Shown: positions 54,109-62,435 of the stretch, in pieces
How the letters are laid out: each line of letters begins with the position of its first letter
How positions within the stretch are numbered: position 1 is the first letter of the stretch
NCBI GenBank assembly: GCA_022510725.1
Contig: JAFLSW010000010.1
Location: forward strand, 5,267 to 69,266
DNA length: 64,000 bases
DNA from: Lachnospiraceae bacterium
GTDB taxonomy: Bacteria > Bacillota > Clostridia > Lachnospirales > Lachnospiraceae
Reading direction: 5' to 3'
The notes under the pieces: model-generated
Databases searched by the model: none
What the model was told of the DNA's origin: nothing
What the model saw: the letters and a program-made list of their open reading frames with translations, nothing else
Program-made: the position numbers and the translations under genes

Positions 54109-57100
54109 TTATTTCTCAATCAACCCATGTTTTATAAGCCTTGCCTTTATTGCTCCATAACTCCTTCCATGCGTCTTGGCAATTTGAGTAATTTTCATAC
54201 CGGAAGAAAACTCCTGTTTCAGTCTTTCATCTTCTTCTCGGCTCCACTTAGCACCTGCATTGGCCTTTTCTTGTACTTTTACCTCCTCAGGTGTTATCCC
54301 TAATAAATCAACCAGACTCTTCATATTCCTTGGTGTCATATGCTCCTTATAATGAAGGCCCTCGCTAGTAATATGTAACACCGGATATTTACCCTTTGTT
54401 CCAACGATATAATGCTTGCTGATCAGCCAATCTACCAGCTTATTAAGCGATTCACGATCCAAGTAGGAAAGCTTTCCATACTCCGGAAGCAGATTCAGTT
54501 TATCTTGTAATATTCTTTGGTCATATGAGCCGCGTAAAGTTCTGATTAAGATGGTAGCATTATAAAACTTTTTCGCACTGATACTCACCAGACATTGAAG
54601 AACTGTTTCAGCAATTTCAAATATACTATGACCTTTGTACATAGGATAACGAGATTCATCAACATCTATATTTTGAGTTGTCTCAATAATATTCTTCTCC
54701 CAGTTCTCGTGCTGAATCTGTTCGTTTACATCATTCCTATTTAACTCTTTATTCTTAGTCTGAACAGGTGCTTTCTGTTCTGTTTGAATAGTACTCTGCT
54801 GTTTGGGAATATGCGGTTTATATTCTTCTCGATCTATTTCATTCGGATCATATCCCATCATTTTGTAATACTCTCTCATGGAAAGTGTCTTATTGCATCC
54901 CTGATGATTTGCTTTATAATTACTACAGCCAAGAAAACACTCCCCTCCATTTTTAGGAGTCTTGACTATCAAATATCCATCCCGACAATCAGAACATTTC
55001 ATGATAGAAAGTTTTTTACCCCGCAGGTTGTTCGTCATAAAATCGCATACCTCGGGTTCATTGGTACAGATATACAATCTCAGGCCATATGCCGGTTTAT
55101 ACCTAAACTGCAGTGGAAAGCCGCAGATGGGGCATTTATGCTTACCCAGTATTACAGGTTCATCTTCCGACCACTGTCCACGCAAATAGACATTTTTATA
55201 TTCTTTTTTGATTTCCAGCAAAAATTCTGAAGGATTCTTTTCCGGCGCAACAAAATATACTCTATTCTTAGTCCTTGTCATTGCAACATAAAAAAGTCTT
55301 CTTTCTTCCGCGTATTGAATGCTCTTATCTTCCTTAACCACAAGAGATAAAACAGGATCATCTTCAATCTTGGAAGGAAATCCATATGTTTCATTCCGAC
55401 CATTTAACACGATAACATTATCATATCCTAATCCCTTTGATGCATGGGCTGTCATAAAGGTAAGATTTAAGTTAGGATATTTAACAGATTTAACCTTAGA
55501 ACCTCTGTTGACATATTCAAAAAGACCCGTGCGAGCTAGTCTATCACCATCAAAATTAAATCTGCCCAGCAAGAGAATTTTAGATTCTTCACTCTTCTTT
55601 CCCTCTTGCAAATTATAATTTATGATCTGATCAAGTGCAGTCTGAACAGCATATGCCAACGCATAATTTACACCGCTTCTTCTATTTGATTGAGAATATT
55701 GTACTGCATTATCATAAGTATAAATAATGACCGGCTCTTCAATATGCTTTGTGGAAATAAGTGACTTTCTGATTTGAGAAGTATTCTTCTGAATAAAGTT
55801 ACCGGCAATATCAATTACCTCTTGTGAATTTCGATAGGTTCTTACTATCTTCATAAGCTTTGCATATCCCATTTTCTCTTCAAACCGAGTAAACAAAGTA
55901 ATATCCGAACCACTAAATGCATAGATTGATTGCCAGTCATCTCCCACCGCCATGATCTTGGCATCGGTTACTTCAGAAAATGATTTTACCAGATCAAATC
56001 TTTGTCTGGAAATATCCTGGTACTCATCGACAATGAGGTATTTGAAGTCTAATTTTTGTTGCATTTCCTTTACTTCGTTTAAAACTCTTGCAGATTCATT
56101 AATCATATCTTCAAAGTCCACGGCACGATTTTCAACAAGAAATTTCTTATACTCCAAAAAACATGCATGGGCAATATCAAGAAATAGCTTTGTCCTGACA
56201 TTGCTCGTCTTAAGGGACAATTTATCAAAATCCCTTTCATCATATCCATTTACTTTAAAGTTTCTGATAAAGTTAATAACCAGAAATACCAAACGGTTAA
56301 TGTATTTATTTTCCTCTGAAGCCACCAATTTCTTTACAACCTCTTCATTAGACCGTTTCTTTAATTCAAAACCATGTTTTATAAGACTCTGCTCAAGATG
56401 TGCAGAAATACTGCCTCCATCTTTATATGCAGAATATGTATAGATCAATTCCGTATTATGCTGATGATGCAATTTAACCTTATCATTAATAGCCTTTTTA
56501 TATGCTTCCAGCTCTTCTTTATCATATAAAAAATTCTCTCCGGATTCCGTAATCCCAAAATGTTCAATATAAGCAACATGGTCACCTTGTTGGATTACAA
56601 AATCCGGTGTATATGGCTTTCTTGCCATTGAAATATTATATTTATAAATTGATTCATAAGTATAATCAATATTGTGCAAGTATAAAAAATTAGCAATTTC
56701 CACTTCCTGAATAGAGCGCACAATTTCGTTTTGAATAGTAACCTTTTTTCTGCTGTTTCTATCAATAACTTCTTCCCTAAAATCATCTAATTCACTACGC
56801 ATAGTGGCATAGTTAGCATTTGCCATATGGTTAAAGAAATGGTTAATGTCATCACCTTCGTATGGTGCATCAAAATAGGAAGCAAAGAAAAGTATTAAGC
56901 TATTGACTGTGCTGGAATCTTTTAGGATCTTCTCTCTAAAATAATTTTGCACACAGTAATAAAGCTTGCTGCCATCCACAATATTTAATTGCTCCGGATT
57001 GTTTTTGTGCAATATGGCATTTCCCGTAGAATGAAATGTTGCAATTGGACATGGAATATCAAGATCCTTATTAATGATGCTTCTAAGCTCATTCACCGCT

Positions 57101-57663
57101 TTATTGGTAAATGAAATAATAAGAATCTGACTGGGATCTATTCCCTGCTTTTCTACCAGATATTTTACTTTTGCTGCAACAGTAGTCGTCTTTCCGGCTC
57201 CTGCCCCGGCAACGACAAGGCTATAATCCTCATCGGAAAGAACCACTTTTCTCTGATCTTCATCAAGACTGATGACCGGATCCACTTCTTTTAAAATATA
57301 ATCCAGATATGCTTTTTCCTCAATAAGCTTTGAGTCCACATAGTTGTCATTGACTTTATCTACAATCTCATTAATCTGCTCATACTGATGATAGAGACTG
57401 CGGGCTCTATTCTGATCAAATCCATTTTTAAGGCAATAGTCTGAAAGAATATCATTTTCATCCATTGAAGCAAAAAACTTCATTGTCTCGTCATACTTCT
57501 CGATTTCAGCCGAAAATTCCTTACGAGAGATATAATGATCAGTATCAGCAATCTTATCAAGACACTGCTCCCACTCTAAAAGTTCCAGGCATTTGCCTGA
57601 AACCTTTTTCACTATATTTTCATCTGCTTGCTTTCTTTTCAATAAAGAATCCAGTAATCCCAT
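54109..57663 (-). CDS. UvrD/helicase-IV-like SF1 helicase with an inserted nuclease-like segment, zinc ribbons and an RQC-like C-terminus
   Basis: AGAGAGKTT, VDEYQD, HASKGLG and EERRLFYVAMTR motifs; EVEIANFL...YTPDF...YIEHFG; CPICG/CTNEP.C/CSDC/CSNY. Confidence 0.85.
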   Translation of the reverse strand: MGLLDSLLKRKQADENIVKKVSGKCLELLEWEQCLDKIADTDHYISRKEFSAEIEKYDETMKFFASMDENDILSDYCLKNGFDQNRARSLYHQYEQINEIVDKVNDNYVDSKLIEEKAYLDYILKEVDPVISLDEDQRKVVLSDEDYSLVVAGAGAGKTTTVAAKVKYLVEKQGIDPSQILIISFTNKAVNELRSIINKDLDIPCPIATFHSTGNAILHKNNPEQLNIVDGSKLYYCVQNYFREKILKDSSTVNSLILFFASYFDAPYEGDDINHFFNHMANANYATMRSELDDFREEVIDRNSRKKVTIQNEIVRSIQEVEIANFLYLHNIDYTYESIYKYNISMARKPYTPDFVIQQGDHVAYIEHFGITESGENFLYDKEELEAYKKAINDKVKLHHQHNTELIYTYSAYKDGGSISAHLEQSLIKHGFELKKRSNEEVVKKLVASEENKYINRLVFLVINFIRNFKVNGYDERDFDKLSLKTSNVRTKLFLDIAHACFLEYKKFLVENRAVDFEDMINESARVLNEVKEMQQKLDFKYLIVDEYQDISRQRFDLVKSFSEVTDAKIMAVGDDWQSIYAFSGSDITLFTRFEEKMGYAKLMKIVRTYRNSQEVIDIAGNFIQKNTSQIRKSLISTKHIEEPVIIYTYDNAVQYSQSNRRSGVNYALAYAVQTALDQIINYNLQEGKKSEESKILLLGRFNFDGDRLARTGLFEYVNRGSKVKSVKYPNLNLTFMTAHASKGLGYDNVIVLNGRNETYGFPSKIEDDPVLSLVVKEDKSIQYAEERRLFYVAMTRTKNRVYFVAPEKNPSEFLLEIKKEYKNVYLRGQWSEDEPVILGKHKCPICGFPLQFRYKPAYGLRLYICTNEPEVCDFMTNNLRGKKLSIMKCSDCRDGYLIVKTPKNGGECFLGCSNYKANHQGCNKTLSMREYYKMMGYDPNEIDREEYKPHIPKQQSTIQTEQKAPVQTKNKELNRNDVNEQIQHENWEKNIIETTQNIDVDESRYPMYKGHSIFEIAETVLQCLVSISAKKFYNATILIRTLRGSYDQRILQDKLNLLPEYGKLSYLDRESLNKLVDWLISKHYIVGTKGKYPVLHITSEGLHYKEHMTPRNMKSLVDLLGITPEEVKVQEKANAGAKWSREEDERLKQEFSSGMKITQIAKTHGRSYGAIKARLIKHGLIEK

Positions 57664-57684
57664 TTGACTTTCCTTAATGTAATT

Positions 57685-58971
57685 TTACCCAATTGCTTCC
57701 AACGCCTGCGCCAGATCCGCAATCAAATCCTCTTTATCCTCCAAGCCGCAGGAAATACGAACCAATCCTGCCGGTACACCCGCCTCTTTTAACTGTTCTT
57801 CATTCATCTGCCTGTGAGTGGATGTCGCCGGGTTCAGGCAGCATGTTCTGGCATCTGCTACATGGGTTTCAATGGCTGCTAATTTTAAATTCTTCATAAA
57901 GACCTCTGCAGCAGCTTTTCCGCCTTTTAACTCAAAGGACACAACACCACATCCACCATTGGGAAGATATTTCTGTGCACGCTCATAATACTTATCCGTT
58001 TTCAGTCCCGGATAATTAACGCAATCTACTTTGGGATGGGCAGCCAGGAATTCTGCCACTGCTTGTCCGTTCTCCACATGTTTGGGCATTCTTACATGCA
58101 GGGACTCCAATCCCAGATTCAAATAAAAGGCATGCTGAGGTGACTGGATGCAACCCAGATCACGCATCAACTGCGAAGTTGCCTTTGTGATAAATGCACC
58201 TTCTTTTCCAAACTTTTCTGCATAGGTGATTCCATGATAGGACTCGTCAGGAGTACAAAGTCCCGGGAATTTATCAGCATGTGCCATCCAGTCAAATTTA
58301 CCGGAATCCACAATTGCCCCACCAACTGCCGCACCATGTCCATCCATGTATTTTGTTGTAGAATGTGTCACGATGTCTGCACCCCATTCAATGGGTCTGC
58401 AATTAATCGGCGTGGGAAATGTATTATCTACAATAAGAGGAACGCCATGCTCATGAGCTGCTTTGGCAAACCGTTCAATATCCAATACCGTAAGCGCAGG
58501 ATTGGCAATGGTCTCACCAAATACTGCCTTAGTATTATCCTGAAATGCAGCCGCAAGCTCTTCATCCGTACAATCCGGTGAAACAAATGTAGCCGTGATT
58601 CCCATTTTTGCCATGGTAACCGAGATCAAATTAAAGGTTCCACCATATATAGACGAGGATGCCACAATATGATCCCCTGCCTCACAGATATTAAATAAAG
58701 CCATAAAGTTGGCTGCTTGTCCGGAGGATGTCAGCATAGCTGCGCTACCGCCTTCCAATGCCGCGATCTTAGCCGCCACCATATCATTGGTAGGATTTTG
58801 CAGCCTGGTATAGAAATATCCGGATGCTTCCAGATCAAACAGTTTCCCCATATCTTCACTTGTCTCATAGCGAAATGTAGTAGACTGCACAATAGGAATC
58901 TGCCTGGGTTCTCCATTCCCCGGTGTATAACCTGCCTGTACGCATTCTGTTCCGATTGAGTGTTTGCTCAT
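57685..58971 (-). CDS. metY: O-acetylhomoserine aminocarboxypropyltransferase
   Basis: YTRLQNPT, SSGQAA, VDNTF and HSTTKY motifs; host-like GC. Confidence 0.88.
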   Translation of the reverse strand: MSKHSIGTECVQAGYTPGNGEPRQIPIVQSTTFRYETSEDMGKLFDLEASGYFYTRLQNPTNDMVAAKIAALEGGSAAMLTSSGQAANFMALFNICEAGDHIVASSSIYGGTFNLISVTMAKMGITATFVSPDCTDEELAAAFQDNTKAVFGETIANPALTVLDIERFAKAAHEHGVPLIVDNTFPTPINCRPIEWGADIVTHSTTKYMDGHGAAVGGAIVDSGKFDWMAHADKFPGLCTPDESYHGITYAEKFGKEGAFITKATSQLMRDLGCIQSPQHAFYLNLGLESLHVRMPKHVENGQAVAEFLAAHPKVDCVNYPGLKTDKYYERAQKYLPNGGCGVVSFELKGGKAAAEVFMKNLKLAAIETHVADARTCCLNPATSTHRQMNEEQLKEAGVPAGLVRISCGLEDKEDLIADLAQALEAIG

Positions 58972-59047
58972 AATGATCTCCTTTTCCCTCACAAACTATG
59001 ATATTTCTTTCTTATATTACCATATCAGGGCCTATTTTTCCATAAAA

Positions 59048-59083
59048 TAATGGCAGTTTGAGATTGGTTTCAAACTGCTATTA
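59048..59083. other. 14-8-14 inverted repeat directly upstream of the recombinase gene (candidate recombination core site)
   Basis: TAATGGCAGTTTGA-GATTGGTT-TCAAACTGCTATTA with one mismatch, at the GC transition. Confidence 0.45.
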
Positions 59084-59165
59084 CTACATAATCCTGACCA
59101 TTTCATAGACAATTTCTAGACAGCCTATCATAATTATTAAAAAATACAAAGGAGAAAATTGATTT

Positions 59166-60092
59166 ATGAATACTTTAACAACTTATACTACAGATTATAT
59201 TGAATACTGCGAATGCAGAAAACATTTAGATCCAAAGACCTTAAAAGCATATAAGATCGATTTAAAACAATATAATGATTTTTGTTCTGATTTATCTGAT
59301 TGCTTTTCCAGAAGGACTGTGGATAAATTTATTACTTTTTTGCATAAGCAATATAAGCCGAAAACAATTAAACGAAAGATTGCAAGTCTAAAAGCCTTTT
59401 TCCACTATATGGAGTACAAAGAATTATTAGATGAGAATCCTTTTACCAAACTGGACATTCGTTTTAGAGAAGCCAAACTTTTACCCAAGACAATTCCTTT
59501 TCATTCCATCCAGACATTTCTATCAACACTATATGCACAAAAAGAGTTAGCAAGGTCCCAATATCAGCTGCAGTGCCGTATTCGGGACATTGCCGTCATT
59601 GAATTGCTATTTGCTACCGGAATTCGGATATCAGAACTATGTTCATTAAAACCCGAAGATATAGATTTAGAAAACCATACTGTGCTAATTTACGGAAAGG
59701 GTGCTAAAGAACGAATTTTACAAATCGGTAACCCTGAGGTTATTTCCGCACTATGTCTGTATCAAAACACTTTTCAAAAAGAGATATCTGATTGTGGTTA
59801 TTTTTTTGTAAATAGACTGCATCACAAACTATCTGACCAATCCGTTCGTTATATGATCAATCACTATGCAGAGCTATCCGGCATTAACCTGCACATCACA
59901 CCCCATATGTTCCGCCATTCATTTGCAACCCTTTTATTAGAGCAGGATGTTGATATTAGATATATTCAAAGAATGCTTGGCCATAGTTCCATTAGCACAA
60001 CAGAGATTTATACTCATGTATCTAATACAAAGCAGAAGGAGATTTTAGTACATAAGCATCCTAGGAATTTGATGGAGGTGAATAAAGAATAA
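59166..60092 (+). CDS. Tyrosine recombinase/integrase (XerC/D-like)
   Basis: TGIRISEL (R), PHMFRHS (HxxR), LGH and TTEIYTH (Y) catalytic residues. Confidence 0.93.
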   Translation: MNTLTTYTTDYIEYCECRKHLDPKTLKAYKIDLKQYNDFCSDLSDCFSRRTVDKFITFLHKQYKPKTIKRKIASLKAFFHYMEYKELLDENPFTKLDIRFREAKLLPKTIPFHSIQTFLSTLYAQKELARSQYQLQCRIRDIAVIELLFATGIRISELCSLKPEDIDLENHTVLIYGKGAKERILQIGNPEVISALCLYQNTFQKEISDCGYFFVNRLHHKLSDQSVRYMINHYAELSGINLHITPHMFRHSFATLLLEQDVDIRYIQRMLGHSSISTTEIYTHVSNTKQKEILVHKHPRNLMEVNKE

Positions 60093-60125
60093 TTAGAAGT
60101 TATCTGTTGAATATGTATTAGGAAT

Positions 60126-62129
60126 ATGGAAATAGTGAAAATTTTAAAATTAAATGAACTTTGTGGTATAAAAAACCAATTATATTCGCAGCAACAATAT
60201 ATTGTTTCAGAAAAAGAAAAGGGTGTAATTAATAATTTTTTTGATATAAACTCATTGTTTTGGTCTCAAATATTTAACCCCAGCGCCGTATATAATTTAG
60301 TTGAAAGAGCTAAAAATGAACTCAATAATGATAATTCACCGAAAATAAAAGCTATATTGAAACAACCTCAAATTTTTCTAAAAACAGTATTTATTGCGCT
60401 TAAAAAGCTAGAAGGCTATGTCAATGAGAAAGAACTTTTTCAAAGCTTAGAATCACTTGAAATTTTATGTCATCTTCATACAAAGCTATATTCAAGACCA
60501 CATACTTTAACATTATCTCAAGGTTATATTTTAAGTAAATTTTCTGCATTGGATATGGAAAGAAATTGTCTGTTACCATTTTATAATCCTTATTTAGATT
60601 TTATAAATAAAAAAGTAATGCCCGTAATATTAAGTTATGAACCTTCAATATTAATAATGACAGGAAGACCAAATCTTGCGTCCTTTACAATTGCAAAATT
60701 AGTTAGGTATAAAATACCAAACATTTTTATTATTGCAGGTGAGCATGAATCCGATTATTATTCATTATTTAAAATTCATAGTTTATTAGAAAAAAATACT
60801 GCCTTCTTTTCAGTGTACAATTGTGCCATTATATCAAACTATCACAATGCAATTTCAAAAATAAAAAAATGGTATCTAAACCAATCAAATAATGATTTAA
60901 ATAATATTCCAGGGATTATCTATAGTTTAGATAATGGTAGTACTATAATTAAAACCAATATTCAATCAACATCTTTAACAAATAATAGTGCCCCACTTCA
61001 TTATACAGATAGATCATATGTATATAATATAAAAGTATTTTCTCAAAATCATTGTTATTGGAACAAATGCAGTTTTTGTGGAATTAATAAAAAATATAAT
61101 GATTTAGAAAATCAAGAATGGAATTATACGGAAGCCAGCTTAAAATTAGAATCTTTATATAAAAGAGGAATAAATAGAATTTGGTTGCTAGATGAAGCAA
61201 TACCACCGGTAGTTTTATTCAAACTTGCCACATGCATCATAGATATGGACATTCGTATTTTATGGCATGTAAGAACAAGAATTGAGCATCAATTTATTAA
61301 TAAAGTATATGCAAAAACCTTATTTAAAGCAGGATTAAAACATATTTTATTTGGATTTGAAAGCGCATCAAACCGAATCTTACAATTGATGAGAAAAAAT
61401 TTTGAGAATAATAATTATCTTGAAATTGCGGAAAAGATTGTTGAAAATTTCACTTCTATAGGAATACAAGTTCATTTTACTGCAATTTTGGGATTTCCTA
61501 CAGAAACAAAAGAAGAACGTGATGAAACAATTGATTTTTTACATTATTTACATAGAACATATTCTTTATTTTCGTATAATTTAAATATTTTTTATTTAGA
61601 TATTGGGAGTGAAATATATCATAGGTGGGAAGAATTTGACATATCAACACTTTCTTTTCCGTGTTCACCAAAATACTATTTAGAAAATCATTTAGATTGG
61701 CTTAATTCAGTTTCTTCAAAACAGACTGACATAATTTATAATGAACGAGAAATTTCTATGAAACAACAATTTGAATGGTACCCTGAAGATTCCTTAATAA
61801 AACCGAGTATATTTTTCTCCTTTTGGGAATATAGCAGATATACCTTATATAGCAATGACCTAAAGCATAATAATTTAAGTTTCTATAGTAAACAACCAAT
61901 TATATTATCTTCCGATGTTGCGTTATGTAAGATGGAACATGATACATGGATGCTTTATCATTTATCTAATCATCATTATGTAGTTGGGGGGAATATTTTA
62001 TTGGATTTGGTTAATTCCAGTAAGAATAAGGAATGTTTTTGTACATTTATAGAAAAATACGATCAACCTTATAAAGAAAAGGCTAAGAATTTGCTTATAC
62101 AATTAGTCCAAAAGGAGTTTTTTTTATAA
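60126..62129 (+). CDS. B12-binding-type radical SAM protein with a probable C-terminal RiPP recognition element
   Basis: CYWNKCSFC cluster motif, a degenerate B12-binding region (EPSILIMTG...IFIIAGEH), LDEA, ILFGFESAS and LGFPTET motifs, and a winged-helix-like last ~75 aa. Confidence 0.75.
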   Translation: MEIVKILKLNELCGIKNQLYSQQQYIVSEKEKGVINNFFDINSLFWSQIFNPSAVYNLVERAKNELNNDNSPKIKAILKQPQIFLKTVFIALKKLEGYVNEKELFQSLESLEILCHLHTKLYSRPHTLTLSQGYILSKFSALDMERNCLLPFYNPYLDFINKKVMPVILSYEPSILIMTGRPNLASFTIAKLVRYKIPNIFIIAGEHESDYYSLFKIHSLLEKNTAFFSVYNCAIISNYHNAISKIKKWYLNQSNNDLNNIPGIIYSLDNGSTIIKTNIQSTSLTNNSAPLHYTDRSYVYNIKVFSQNHCYWNKCSFCGINKKYNDLENQEWNYTEASLKLESLYKRGINRIWLLDEAIPPVVLFKLATCIIDMDIRILWHVRTRIEHQFINKVYAKTLFKAGLKHILFGFESASNRILQLMRKNFENNNYLEIAEKIVENFTSIGIQVHFTAILGFPTETKEERDETIDFLHYLHRTYSLFSYNLNIFYLDIGSEIYHRWEEFDISTLSFPCSPKYYLENHLDWLNSVSSKQTDIIYNEREISMKQQFEWYPEDSLIKPSIFFSFWEYSRYTLYSNDLKHNNLSFYSKQPIILSSDVALCKMEHDTWMLYHLSNHHYVVGGNILLDLVNSSKNKECFCTFIEKYDQPYKEKAKNLLIQLVQKEFFL

Positions 62130-62151
62130 AAAATATATAAGGAGGGGTTTA

Positions 62152-62331
62152 ATGTATTTAGAGCATAGAGATGCAGAGATGACATCAAAATTTGAGTTTG
62201 GCGTTAATTATTATTTAGACATAGCTAATACATCGATTGCTGATGCTAAAAATGGCGGTGGCGGTGGTAGCAATGGAGGCGGCTCTGGTGGCGGTGGCGG
62301 CGGTGGCCAAACCGGTGGTGGAAATAAATAA
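62152..62331 (+). CDS. 59-aa Gly-rich peptide, putative RiPP precursor (not in the ORF track)
   Basis: AAGGAGG RBS at 62139-62145. Translation MYLEHRDAEMTSKFEFGVNYYLDIANTSIADAKNGGGGGSNGGGSGGGGGGGQTGGGNK; starts 22 nt after the radical SAM stop and is followed by a terminator. Confidence 0.8.
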   Translation: MYLEHRDAEMTSKFEFGVNYYLDIANTSIADAKNGGGGGSNGGGSGGGGGGGQTGGGNK

Positions 62332-62381
62332 CCGTAAGAAAACCACAGAATAAATTTCTTTAAAACTTCTTTTGGATTAAA

Positions 62382-62409
62382 AAGGCGGTTCATTTTTTGT
62401 AACCGCCTT
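62382..62409. terminator. Bidirectional terminator closing the int-rSAM-peptide unit
   Basis: AAGGCGGTT-10nt-AACCGCCTT between convergent genes. Confidence 0.7.
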
Positions 62410-62435
62410 CTATATTTAATAAACAGATATAAATA

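Larger units (their letters stand above)
45540..57680. mobile_element. AT-rich accessory island (defence-island-like), boundaries approximate
   Basis: Visible drop in GC and change in codon style. All intact genes are on the minus strand; it also contains an IS remnant and repeated promoter elements. Confidence 0.6.

Noticed and set aside
58971-59166. SAM (S-box) or T-box riboswitch upstream of metY
   Set aside because: No S-box or T-box consensus is visible and the leader is short.
62211-62393. Poly-proline ORF on the minus strand from the ORF track
   Set aside because: It is the antisense shadow of the poly-Gly peptide. Its upstream region lies in the terminator stem, whereas the plus-strand ORF has a canonical RBS and operon context.
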